DNA of 64,000 bases from Malacoraja senta (Eukaryota), in assembly GCA_038087875.1 (NCBI GenBank), contig JAXLNO010000073.1:682001-746000 (forward strand), given 5' to 3'. The notes under the pieces are model-generated. The model saw only the letters and a list, made by a program, of their open reading frames with translations. It did no database searches and had not been told where the DNA came from. The translations under genes and the position numbers were made by a program. Positions 1 through 11,703 of the stretch are shown one piece after another (positions within the stretch are counted from its first letter, which is position 1; every line of letters starts with the position of its first letter).

Positions 1-775
1 AGGGTGCTAGGCCACCGAATTCAGGTGCAGTGTCCTACCACTTCAAGCAGGTTGCAAGGCCACCAAATTCAAGTGCAGTTTTATGCCATTTCAAGCAGGG
101 TGTAAGGCCACCAAATGCAAGTGCAATTTCATGCCAGTTCAAGCAGGGTGCAAGGCCACCAAATGTAAGTGCAGTTTCATGCCATTTCAAGCAGGGTGGA
201 AGGCCACCAAATTCAAGTGCAGTTTCATGCCATTTCAAGCAGGGTGCTAGGCAACCAAATTCAAGTGCAGTTTCATACCACTTCAAGCAAGGTGCAAGTC
301 AACCAAATTCAAGTGCAGTTTCATACCATTTCAAGCTGGGTGCCATGCCACCAAATTCAAGTGCAGTTTCCGACCACTTCAAGCAGGGTGCAAGGCCACC
401 AAATTCAAGTGCAGTTTCGTACCACTTCAAGCAGGGTGCAAGGCCACCAAATTCAAATGCAGTTTCATACCACTTCAAGCAGGGTGCAAGGCCATCAAAT
501 TCAAGTGCAGTTTCATACCACTTCAAGCAGGGTGCAAGGCCACCAAATTCAAGTGAAGTTTCATGCCACTTCAAGCCAGGTGCAAGGCCACCTAATTCAA
601 GTGCAGTTTCATGCCATTTCAAGCAGGGTACAAGGCCATCAAATTCAAGTGCAGTTTCTGACCACTTCAAGCAGGGTGCAAGGCCACCAAATTCAAGTGC
701 AGTTTCCTACCAGTTCAAGCAGGGTGCAAGGACACCAAATTCAAATGCAGTTTCATACCATTTCAAGCAGGGTGA
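1..775. repeat. 48-bp minisatellite inside the Helitron (also at 5778-6701 and 11999-12731)
   Basis: Unit CAAGCAGGGTGCAAGGCCACCAAATTCAAGTGCAGTTTCATACCACTT; about >=16, 19 and 15 units in the three copies. Confidence 0.95.
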
Positions 776-1154
776 AACCACCATAAAACCACACAAAACA
801 CCTCACAAACACCACACTCACAGTTCAATAGACATTCAGTGTGTTCAGTTGATTCCTAGCTCAGACAGAGTCGTGACCTCTCCCTCCCCCATCTTGCAGA
901 GACTGAGCCACTTCCGGGTTTTATAATCCCTCCCCCTCCCACCAGAAGGGGCGTGGCCTTCATGGCGTGATTGACAGGAGAGAGATTCTCAACATTTTTT
1001 AAACACTAATAACACTTTTATTTTTCATTGATGGGAAGAATTCTCTGCATAATGAGCGGAGGGGGACTGAGTAAGATGACCAAAAATCACAGCCGTAAGT
1101 GGTAGCATTTTATCTAAAATCAATATACAGTGCAAACAGGAAGTTGTCAAGTTA

Positions 1155-1720
1155 CCACCACCACCAGCCATTTGCCGTGCTTCACTTCAAACCCACCACC
1201 ACCAACAGCCATTTGCCGCACTTCACTCCAAACCAACCACAGCCATTTGCCGCGCTTCACTCCAAACCCACCACCACCAACAGCCATTTGCCGTGCTTCA
1301 CTCCAAACCCACCACCACCAACAGCCATTTGCTGCGCTTCACTGCAAACCCACCACAACCAACAGCCATTTGGCGCTCTTCACTGCAATCCCACCACCAC
1401 CAACAGCCATTTGCCGCGCTTCACTCCAAACCCACCACCTCACACAGCCATTTGCCGCGCTTCATTCCAAACCCACCACCACCAACAGCCATTTGCCGCG
1501 CTTCACTCCAACCCCACCAACAGCCATTTGCCGTGCTTCACTGCAAACCGACCACCACCAACAGCCATTTGCCGCTCTTCACTGCAAACCGACCACCACC
1601 AACAGCCATTTGCCGTGCTTCACTCCAACCCCACCACCACCAACAGCCATTTGCCATGCTTCACTCCAAACTCACCATCACCTACAGCCATTTGCCGTGC
1701 TTCACTTCAAACCAACCACA
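1155..1720. repeat. ~35-41-bp minisatellite inside the Helitron (also at 7105-7945 and 13165-14005)
   Basis: Unit CAGCCATTTGCCGCGCTTCACTCCAAAC(CCA)nA, with a variable CCA tract. Confidence 0.95.
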
Positions 1721-2239
1721 TTTTCATTTACAAACCATATTAAGGGCACTCAAGGTCAGTATACCACACTGACAGTTTAGTAGACATGTGTTCAGTGTTA
1801 TTCACAGCTCACACTGAGAGACGTAACCCTCTCGCTCCCCCATCTTGCAGAGACCGACTGAGGCACTCAACACTTCTGGGTTTTATAGTCCCTCCAGAAG
1901 GGGCGTGGCCTTCAGGAGAGAGAATCTCAACATTTTTTAAACACTAATAACTCTTTTATTTTTCATCGATGGGAAAAATCCTCTTGTCCGGCACAGCGGA
2001 GGGGGCCTCTGAGTAAGATGGCCAAAAATCAGAGCCGTAAGTGGTCGCGTTTTTTCTAAAATCAATATACAGGACAACAGGAAGTGGTCAAGATCAGACT
2101 TTTAGTAACATAGATGAGATGCCTAGAGAAGGTAGACAGTCAGAATATTTTTCCCATGGTGCAAATGTCAAGGTTGAGAGGGAAGAGCTTTAAGGTGAGA
2201 GGGGAAAATCGTAAAGGAGATGTGCGGTGCAAGTTTTAC

Positions 2240-2860
2240 AATACGATACGACACGATAGAACTTTATTTAACCCAGGAGGGAAATTGATTTGCCAACAGT
2301 CATAAAAACACAAAATACATGAAACATGAAATTAAAGTGACGAGTGGAAAGGCTTGGCGGATGTGCAAAGATTACGTGGGAGGGGAGTTGGGAGGGGAGT
2401 CAGTCTCAGTCTACCCCACGACAGAAGGGGGAGGAGTTGTACAGTTTGATAGCCACTGGGAAGAAGGATCTCCTGTGGCGTTCTGTGCTGCATCTTTGTG
2501 GGACCAGTCTGTTGCTGAAGATGCTCCTCAGGTTGACCAATATGTCACAGAGGGGGTGAGCTGTATTGTCCAGGATGCTCCACAGTTTGAGGAGCATCCT
2601 CCCCTCCAAGACCACCTCCCGTGAATCCAACAGCCCGCAGGACGGAGCCGGCCTTCCTGATGAGCTTGTTGATCCCGTTGACGTTCGTGGCCATCGCCCT
2701 GCTGCCCCAGCACACGGCAGCGAAGAAGACGGCACTGGCCACCACCGATTGGTAGAACATCTGTAGCATCTCATTGCAGACGTTGAAGGAGCAGAGCCTT
2801 CTCAGAAAGCTCTGTCCCTTCTTGTACAGGGCCTCAGCGTTCTTGGACCAGTCCCATTTA
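2240..2860 (-). mobile_element. Rex1/Babar-like non-LTR retrotransposon 3' fragment (copies at ~8467-9070 and ~14527-15130)
   Basis: Peptides DWSKNAEALYKKGQ..LRRL.SFNVCNEMLQMFYQSVVASAVFFAAVCWG and ILDNTAHPL..RCSTERHRRSFFP; minus-strand AATAAA and (CGTAT)n tail. Confidence 0.8.
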
Positions 2861-3732
2861 CTGAAGATAGACACCAAATGCTGTAGTAACTCAGCGGGAC
2901 AGGCAGCATCTCTGGAGAGAGGGAATGGGTGATGTTTTGGGTCGAGACCCTTCTTCAGACTGATGCTATTTGTACAAGGTATTTGTACTCCATGGTAAAC
3001 TGTTTAACAGACCATGGAAAGCATCTGCAACACGCTGCCAAGGGCGGTGATGGAGGCAGATAGGACAGTTCCTTCTCTCCAGAGATGCTGCCTGTCCCGC
3101 TGAATTTACTCCAGCATTTTGCGTTTGATCTCCTAGAAACATAGAAAAATAGGTGCAGGAGTTGGCCATTCGGCCCTTCAAGCCAGCACCGCCATTCAAT
3201 ATGATCATGGCTGATCTACTAAAATCAGTACCCCCGTTCCAGCTGATTCCAGAGGTGGTAGATGAGTCAGGGACTATCCCAACGTTTAAGAAACAGTTAG
3301 ACAGGTATATGGATAGGACAGGTTTGGAGGGATATGGGCCAATGCGGGCAGGTGGGACTATTGTATCTGGGACATGTTGGCCGGTGTGGGAAAGTTGGAC
3401 TGAAGGGCCTGTTTCCACACTATCACCCTATGACTCTAACTCTCGTCAGAGAGAGGAGAACTTCTTCAAAGTAGACATATCTTGAGGAGAATTTGCAGTG
3501 GAGCAGACAAAATGTGTAGGAAGGAACTGCAGATGCTGGTTTAAACTGAAGATAGACACAAAGTTCTGGAGTAACAGGCAGCATCTCTGGAGAGTAGGAA
3601 TAGGTGACGTTTCAGGTCGAGACCCTTCTTCATACTGGTAACATTCGTACTTCATCTTTTCTCTCCACATTGTCCTGGTTGACACGGGGAATTCTGCCGT
3701 GTGAACACGTTTAAACCTTTGTTTGTCTTTAG

Positions 3733-4014
3733 ATGCTCCACAGAATCTCTCAATCACTTCCCACGACGACGCGAACAGTTCCCGGGTCAGTGTAAAGGAA
3801 GGAAACTCTGCAGCGATCCTCTGCTCCATCCAGAGTTTCCCAACATCTAACCTGACATGGAGACATCTCGGTGTCACGTTTAACACAACACGTTCCAGCA
3901 ACGAGCTGTGGATGAAGTTCCCTCAGCTGACACGGCAGGATGCCGGGGTCTATCAGTGTGTGGCGGAGAATGAACACGGGACAGCAGAGAGGGTTGTGAC
4001 CCTCACTGTAGAAT
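3733..4014 (+). CDS. Ig-domain (C2/I-set-like) exon, copy 1, of a Siglec/CD22/MAG-like receptor (gene 5' end lies upstream of the window)
   Basis: Acceptor ttgtctttAG|ATGCTCCA and donor GAAT|GTGAGT; 282 nt, phase 1-1. Encodes (Y)APQNLSITSHDDANSSRVSVKEGNSAAILCSIQSFPTSNLTW...DAGVYQCVAENEHGTAERVVTLTVE with the Ig B-strand Cys, C-strand Trp and DxGxYxC motif. The VE-YAP junction resembles Siglec/CD22 inter-domain linkers. Confidence 0.9.
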
Positions 4015-4189
4015 GTGAGTAGACACACACTGACACGTCCCTCGAAACGTCATAAGGTCATAAGTTATAGGAGCAGAATTAGATAGCCGAATGACCAAGT
4101 CTACTCCGCCATTCAATCATGGCTGATCTATCTCTCCCTCCTAACCCCATTCTCCTGCCTTCTCATTCAGCCATAGAGTTATAGAGCCA

Positions 4190-4710
4190 TAGAATCAGTG
4201 ATAGAGGGTGATCCAGCGTGGAAACAGGCCCTTTGGCTCAACTTGCTTTCAATGGCCTACATGTCCCAGCTACACCCACCTGCACATGTTTGGCCCATAT
4301 ATCCCCAAACCTGTCCTATCCATGTACCTATCCACATCTGTTTCTTAAACACTGGGATAGACGCTGCCTCAACTACCTCCTCTGGCAGCTCGTTCCATAC
4401 ACCAACTACCCTTTGTATGAAAAAGTCACCCCCAAGATTCCTGTTAAATCTTTTCCACCTTCACCTTGAGCCTATGTCTTCTCCGCATTGTCATCTACTC
4501 ATCTACTCTGGGCAAAAGACTCTGTGCGTCTACCCGATCTATTCCTCTCATGATTTTATACACCTCTATAAGATCACCCCTCATCCTCCTGCGCTCCAAG
4601 GAATAGAGTCCCAGCCTACTCAACCTCTCCCTATAGCTCAGGGCCTCGAGTCCTGGCCACATCCTCGTAAATTTTCTCTGTCCCCTTTCCTGCTTGACAA
4701 CACCTTTCCT
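4190..4710 (-). mobile_element. CR1 LINE 3' fragment (copies at ~10400-10920 and ~16450-16915)
   Basis: Minus-strand translation of the second copy: LSYRERLSRLGLYSLERRRMRGDLIEVYKIMRGIDRVD, the CR1 ORF2 C-terminus. Confidence 0.85.
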
Positions 4711-4863
4711 TTATTTCCTCTCTCCTCTTCTGAGATGAAGAAGATTAGATAAAATTATTTGAAGCATTGTGTGCAGTTCTGGTCACCCCATTACAGGAAG
4801 GATGTGGTGAGGGTGCAGAATGCTGCCTGGATTAGAGAGTGTTAGCAATAAGGAGTTTTAAGG

Positions 4864-5165
4864 AGGGCACAGTGGTTCAACGGTAGAGTTGCTGCCTCAC
4901 AGCACCAGAGAGCCGGGTTCGATCCTGACTACGGGTGCTTGTCTGTCAGGAGTTTGTAAGTTCACCTCATGACCTACGTGGGTTTTCTCCGGGTGCTCCG
5001 GTTTCCTGCCACACTCGGGTCGTACAGGTTTGTATAATTGTAAATTGTAAATTGTCCCTAGTGTGTGTGGGATAGTGTAAGTGTGCGGGGATCGCTGGTC
5101 CGCGTGGACATGGTGGGCCGAAGGGCATATTTCCTTGCTTTATCTCTAAGCTAAACTAAACTAAA
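4864..5165 (+). mobile_element. tRNA-derived SINE (V-SINE/HE1-like); further copies at ~11076-11387, 21221-21516, 37880-38155 and 49060-49345 (-)
   Basis: A/B-box-like head GGCACAGTGG...GGTTCGATCC, conserved central core and (CTAAA)n tail. Confidence 0.75.
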
Positions 5166-5481
5166 GAGGTTGGAAAGATTTGGATTGTTTTCTATGGAGT
5201 TGATAAGTTCATAAGGTCGTAAGTGAAAGGAGCAGAATTAAGCCATTCGGCCCATCAAGTCTACTCCGCCATTCAATCATGGCTGATCTATCCCTCTCTC
5301 ATATCCCCATTCTCCTGTCTTCCAATAACTCCTGACACCCATACTAATCAAGAATCTATCTATCACTGTCTTAAATATATCCACTGACATGGCCTCCAAC
5401 ACCGTCTGTGGCAATGAATTCCACAGATTCACCACCCAGTTCAAAGGCTGAGGGGAGACCTGATAGAAATATATAAAACTA

Positions 5482-8340
5482 TTAGACTAAGTGGGACCCG
5501 TTGGGTCCCATGTTCACACGGGAGGGCTGGTCCCCCAACGCAATATTCCACCTCTCCACCAATTCCAATATTGTTGGCCAGTGGGGGAGGCACTTCCTGG
5601 AGCGCTAGTATGGGTGTTGTGGGCTGAAGGGACTGGTTTCCAGAGGGCTAGTATGGACATGGCGGGCCAAATGGATTATTGGGGTGGCAGCTCAATCACT
5701 CAAGCCTGATGTGCTGACAGCTCACTGACGGCTGATGGGCTGGCAGTTGAATCACGGCTATTCCTTGAAATACCGTTTCAAGCAGGGTGCAAGGCCACCA
5801 AATTCAAGTGCAGTTTCTTACCACTTCAAGCAGGGTGCAAGGCCACCAAAGTCAAGTGCAGTTTCATACCACTTCAAGGAGGGTGCAAGGCCACCGAATT
5901 CAGGTGCAGTTTCCTACCACTTCAAGCAGGGTGCAAGGCCACCAAATGTAAGTGCAGTTTCATGCCATTTCAAGCAGGGTGCAAGGCCACCAAATTCAAG
6001 TGCAGTTTCATGCCATTTCAAGCAGGGTGCTAGGCAACCAAATTCAAGTGCAGTTTCATACCACTTCAAGCAGGGTGCAAGTCGACCAAATTCAAGTGCA
6101 GTTTCATACCATTTCAAGCTGGGTGCCATGCCACCAAATTCAAGTGCAGTTTCCGACCACTTCAAGCAGGGTGCAAGGCCACCAAATTCAAGTGCAGTTT
6201 CGTACCACTTCAAGCAGGGTGCAAGGCCACCAAATTCAAATGCAGTTTCATACCACTTCAAGCAGGGTGCAAGGCCATCAAATTCAAGTGCAGTTTAATA
6301 CTACTTCAAGCAGGGTGCAAGACCACCAAATTCAAGTGAAGTTTCATGCCACTTCAAGCCAGGTGCAAGGCCACCAAATTCAAGTGCAGTTTCATGCTAT
6401 TTCAAGCAGGGTACAAGGCCATCAAATTCAAGTGCAGTTTCTGACCACTTCAAGCAGGATGCAAGGCCACCAAATTCAAGTGCAGTTTCGTACCACTTTA
6501 AGCAGGGTGCAAGGCCACCAAATTCAAGTGCAGTTTCGTACCACTTCAAGCAGGGTGCAAGGCCACCAAATTCAAGTGCAGTTTCCTACCACTTCAAGCA
6601 GGGTGCAAGGACACCAAATTCAAATGCAGTTTCATACCATTTCATGCAGGGTGCAAGGCCACCACATTCAAATGCAGTTTCATACCATTTCAAGCAGGGT
6701 GAAACCACCATAAAACCACACAAAACTCCTCGTAAACACCACACTCACCGTTCAATAGACATTCAGTGTGTTCAGTTAATTCATAGCTCAAACAGAGTCG
6801 TGATCGTGATCGTGATCGTGATCGTGACCTCTCCCTCCCCCATCTTGCAGAGACTGAACCACTTGCGGGTTTTATAATCCCTCCCCCTCCCACCAGAAGG
6901 GGCGTGGCCTTCATGGCGTGATTGACAGGAGAGAGATTCTCAACATTTTTTAAACACTATTAACACTTTTATTTTTCATTGATGGGAAGAATCCTCTGCA
7001 TGATGAGCGGAGGGGGATTGAGTAAGATGACCAAAAATCACAGCCGTAAGAGGTAGCGTTTTATCTAAAATCAATATACAGTGCAAACAGGAAGTTGTCA
7101 AGTTACCACCACCAACCGCCATTTGCCGTGCTTCACTTCAAACCCACCATCACCAACAGCCATTTGCCGCGCTTCACTCCAAACCAACCACCACCACCAG
7201 CCATTTGCTGCGCTTCACTCCAAACCCACCACCAGCCATTTGCCGCGCTCCACTCCAAACCCACCACCACCAACAGCCATTTGCCGCGCTTCACTGCAAA
7301 CCCACCACAACCAACAGCAATTTGCCGCTCTTCACTGCAATCCCACCACCACCAACAGCCATTTGCCACGCTTCACTCCAAACCCACCACCACAAACAGC
7401 CATTTGCCGCGCTTCATTCCAAACCCACCACCACCAACAGCCATTTGCCGCGCTTCACTCCAAACCCACCAACAGCCATTTGCCGTGCTTCACTGCAAAC
7501 CCACCACCACCAACAGCCATTTGCCGCGCTTCACTCCAAACCCACCAACAGCCATTTGCCGTGCTTCACTGCAAACCCACCACCACCAACAGCCATTTGC
7601 CGCCCTTCACTCCAAACCAACCACAGCCATTTGCCGCGCTTCACTCCAAACCCACCACCACCAACAGCCATTTGCCGCGCTTCACTCCAAACCCACCACT
7701 ACCAACAGCCATTTGCTGCGCTTCACTCCAAACCCACCACAACCAACAGCCATTTGCCGCTCTTCACTGCAATCCCACCACCACCAACAGCCATTTGCCG
7801 CTCTTCACTGCAACCCCACCGCCACCAACAGCCATTTGCCGTGCTTCACTCCAAACCCACCACTACCAACAGCCATTTGCCATGCTTCACTCGAAACCCA
7901 CCATCACCTACAGCCATTTGCCGTGCTTCACTTCAAACCAACCACATTTTCATTTACAAACCATATTAAGGGCACTCAAGGTCAGTATACCACATTGACA
8001 GTTTAGTAGACATGTGTTCAGTGTTATTCACAGCTCACACTGAGAGACGTAACCCTCTCGCTCCCCCATCTTGCAGAGACTGACTGAGGCACTCAACACT
8101 TCCAGGTTTCATCGTCCCTCCAGAAGGGGCGTGGCCTTCAGGAGAGAGAATCTCAACATTTGTTAAACACTAATAACTCTTTTATTTTTCATCGATGGGA
8201 AAAATCCTCTTGTCCGGCACAGCGGAGGGGGCCTCTGAGTAAGATGGCCAAAAATCAGAGCCGTAAGTGGTCGCGTTTTTTCTAAAATCAATATACAGGA
8301 CAACAGGAAGTGGTCAAGATCAGACTTTTAGTAACATAGA
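5482..8340 (-). mobile_element. Non-autonomous Helitron (complete copy)
   Basis: On the minus strand it starts A|TCTATGTTACTAAAAG and ends with hairpin TGGGACCC-AAC-GGGTCCCA (5492-5510) followed by CTTAGTCTAA|T. It lies between A and T with no TSD. Removing it restores a CR1 ORF2 frame (…IYKT-MRCLEKVDSQNIFP…). Confidence 0.85.
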
Positions 8341-9944
8341 TGAGATGCCTAGAGAAGGTAGACAGTCAGAATATTTTTCCCATGGTGCAAATGTCAAGGT
8401 TGAGAGGGAAGAGCTTTAAGGTGAGAGGGGAAAATCGTAAAGGAGATGTGCGGTGCAAGTTTTACAATACGATACGACACGATAGAACTTTATTTAACCC
8501 AGGAGGGAAATTGATTTGCCAACAGTCATAAAAACACAAAATACATGAAACATGAAATTAAAGTGACGAGTGGAAAGGCTTGGCGGATGTGCAAAGATTA
8601 CGTGGGAGGGGAGTCAGTCTCAGTCTACCCCACGACAGAAGGGGGAGGAGTTGTAGTTTGATAGCCACTGGGAAGAAGGATCTCCTGTGGCGTTCTGTGC
8701 TGCATCTTTGTGGGACCAGTCTGTTGCTGAAGATGCTCCTCAGGTTGACCAATATGTCACAGAGGGGGTGAGCTGTATTGTCCAGGATGCTCCACAGTTT
8801 GAGGAGCATCCTCCCCTCCAAGACCACCTCCCGTGAATCCAACAGCCCGCAGGACGGAGCCGGCCTTCCTGATGAGCTTGTTGATCCCGTTGACGTTCGT
8901 GGCCATCGCCCTGCTGCCCCAGCACACGGCAGCGAAGAAGACGGCACTGGCCACCACCGATTGGTAGAACATCTGTAGCATCTCATTGCAGACGTTGAAG
9001 GAGCAGAGCCTTCTCAGAAAGCTCTGTCCCTTCTTGTACAGGGCCTCAGCGTTCTTGGACCAGTCCCATTTACTGAAGATAGACACCAAATGCTGTAGTA
9101 ACTCAGCGGGACAGGCAGCATCTCTGGAGAGAGGGAATGGGTGATGTTTTGGGTCGAGACCCTTCTTCAGACTGATGCTATTTGTACAAGGTATTTGTAC
9201 TCCATGGTAAACTGTTTAACAGACCACGGAAAGCATCTGCAACACGCTGCCAAGGGCGGTGATGGAGGCAGATAGGACAGTTCCTTCTCTCCAGAGATGC
9301 TGCCTGTCCCGCTGAATTTACTCCAGCATTTTGCGTTTGATCTCCTAGAAACATAGAAAAATAGGTGCAGGAGTTGGCCATTCGGCCCTTCAAGCCAGCA
9401 CCGCCATTCAATATGATCATGGCTGATCTACTAAAATCAGTACCCCCGTTCCAGCTGATTCCAGAGGTGGTAGATGAGTCGGGGACTATCCCAACGTTTA
9501 AGAAACAGTTAGACAGGTATATGGATAGGACAGGTTTGGAGGGATATGGGCCAATGCGGGCAGGTGGGACTATTGTATCTGGGACATGTTGGCCGGTGTG
9601 GGAAAGTTGGACTGAAGGGCCTGTTTCCACACTATCACCCTATGACTCTAACTCTCGTCAGAGAGAGGAGAACTTCTTCAAAGTAGACATATCTTGAGGA
9701 GAATTTGCAGTGGAGCAGACAAAATGTGTAGGAAGGAACTGCAGATGCTGGTTTAAACTGAAGATAGACACAAAGTTCTGGAGTAACAGGCAGCATCTCT
9801 GGAGAGTAGGAATAGGTGACGTTTCAGGTCGAGACCCTTCTTCATACTGGTAACATTCGTACTTCATCTTTTCTCTCCACATTGTCCTGGTTGACACGTG
9901 GAATTCTGCCGTGTAAACACGTTTAAACCTTTGTTTGTCTTTAG

Positions 9945-10226
9945 ATGCTCCACAGAATCTCTCAATCACTTCCCACGACGACGCGAACAGTTCCCGGGTC
10001 AGTGTAAAGGAAGGAAACTCTGCAGCGATCCTCTGCTCCGTCCAGAGTTTCCCAACATCTAACCTGACATGGAGACATCTCGGTGTCACGTTTAACACAA
10101 CACGTTCCAGCAACGAGCTGTGGATGGAGTTCCCTCAGCTGACACGGCAGGATGCCGGGGTCTATCAGTGTGTGGCGGAGAATGAACACGGGACAGCAGA
10201 GAGGGTTGTGACCCTCACTGTAGAAT
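9945..10226 (+). CDS. Ig-domain exon, copy 2
   Basis: Same splice sites and 282-nt length. Differs from copy 1 at 2 nt (I>V, K>E). Confidence 0.9.
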
Positions 10227-11703
10227 GTGAGTAGACACACACTGACACGTCCCTCAAAACACCGTAAGGTCATAAGTGATAGGAGCAGAATTAGATAGCC
10301 GAATGACCAAGTCTACTCCGCCATTCAATCATGGCTGATCTATCTCTCCCTCCTAACCCCATTCTCCTGCCTTCTCATTCAGCCATAGAGTTATAGAGCC
10401 ATAGAATCAGTGATAGAGGGTGATCCAGCGTGGAAACAGGCCCTTTGGCTCAACTTGCTTTCAATGGCCTACATGTCCCAGCTACACCCACCTGCACACA
10501 TTTGGCCCATATATCCCCAAACCTGTCCTATCCATGTACCTATCCACATCTGTTTCTTAAACACTGGGATAGACGCTGCCTCAACTACCTCCTCTGGCAG
10601 CTCGTTCCATACACCAACTACCCTTTGTATGAAAAAGTCACCCCCAAGATTCCTGTTAAATCTTTTCCACCTTCACCTTGAGCCTATGTCCTCTCCGCAT
10701 TGTCATCCACTCATCTACTCTGGGCAAAAGACTCTGTGCGTCTACCCGATCTATTCCTCTCATGATTTTATACACCTCTATAAGATCACCCCTCATCCTC
10801 CTGCGCTCCAAGGAATAGAGTCCCAGCCTACTCAACCTCTCCCTATAGCTCAGGGCCTCGAGTCCTGGCCACATCCTCGTAAATTTTCTCTGTCCCCTTT
10901 CCTGCTTGACAACACCTTTCCTTTATTTCCTCTCTCCTCTTCTGAGATGAGGAAGATTAGATAAAATTATTTGAAGCATTGTGTGCAGTTCTGGTCACCC
11001 CATTACAGGAAGGATGTGGTGAGGGTGCAGAATGCTGCCTGGATTAGAGAGTGTTAGCAATAAGGAGTTTTAAGGAGGGCACAGTGGTTCAACAGTAGAG
11101 TTGCTGCCTCACAGCACCAGAGAGCCGGGTTCGATCCTGACTACGGGTGCTTGTCTGTCAGGAGTTTGTAAGTTCACCTCATGACCTACGTGGGTTTTCT
11201 CCGGGTGCTCCGGTTTCCTGCCACACTCGGGTCGTACAGGTTTGTAGGTTAATTGACATGGTATAATTGTAAATTGTCCCTAGTGTGTGTGGGATAGTGT
11301 AAGTGTGCGGGGATCGCTGGTCCGCGTGGACATGGTGGGCCGAAGGGCATATTTCCTTGCTTTATCTCTAAGCTAAACTAAACTAAAGAGGTTGGAAAGA
11401 TTTGGATTGTTTTCTATGGAGTTGATAAGTTCATAAGGTCGTAAGTGAAAGGAGCAGAATTAAGCCATTCGGCCCATCAAGTCTACTCCGCCATTCAATC
11501 ATGGCTGATCTATCCCTCTCTCATATCCCCATTCTCCTGTCTTCCAATAACTCCTGACACCCATACTAATCAAGAATCTATCTATCACTGTCTTAAATAT
11601 ATCCACTGACATGGCCTCCAACACCGTCTGTGGCAATGAATTCCACAGATTCACCACCCAGTTCAAAGGCTGAGGGGAGACCTGATAGAAATATATAAAA
11701 CTA

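Larger units (their letters stand above)
1..2114 (-). mobile_element. Non-autonomous Helitron (partial; 3' end outside the window)
   Basis: Same 5' terminus (cttttagtaacataga|t) and internal minisatellites as the other two copies. Confidence 0.8.

Noticed and set aside
30..926. 298-aa ORF of 16-aa repeats (HFKQGARPPNSSAVSY) and equivalents in the other copies
   Set aside because: Translation of a 48-bp minisatellite in a Helitron; open in several frames and both strands, and broken by stops in the other copies.
1..1720. Regular repeats superficially like a CRISPR array
   Set aside because: Head-to-tail units without unique spacers, no cas genes, vertebrate context.
5482..10226. Helitron capture of the Ig exon as the duplication mechanism
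   Set aside because: The exon is outside the Helitron termini, and the array boundary does not coincide with the Helitron ends.
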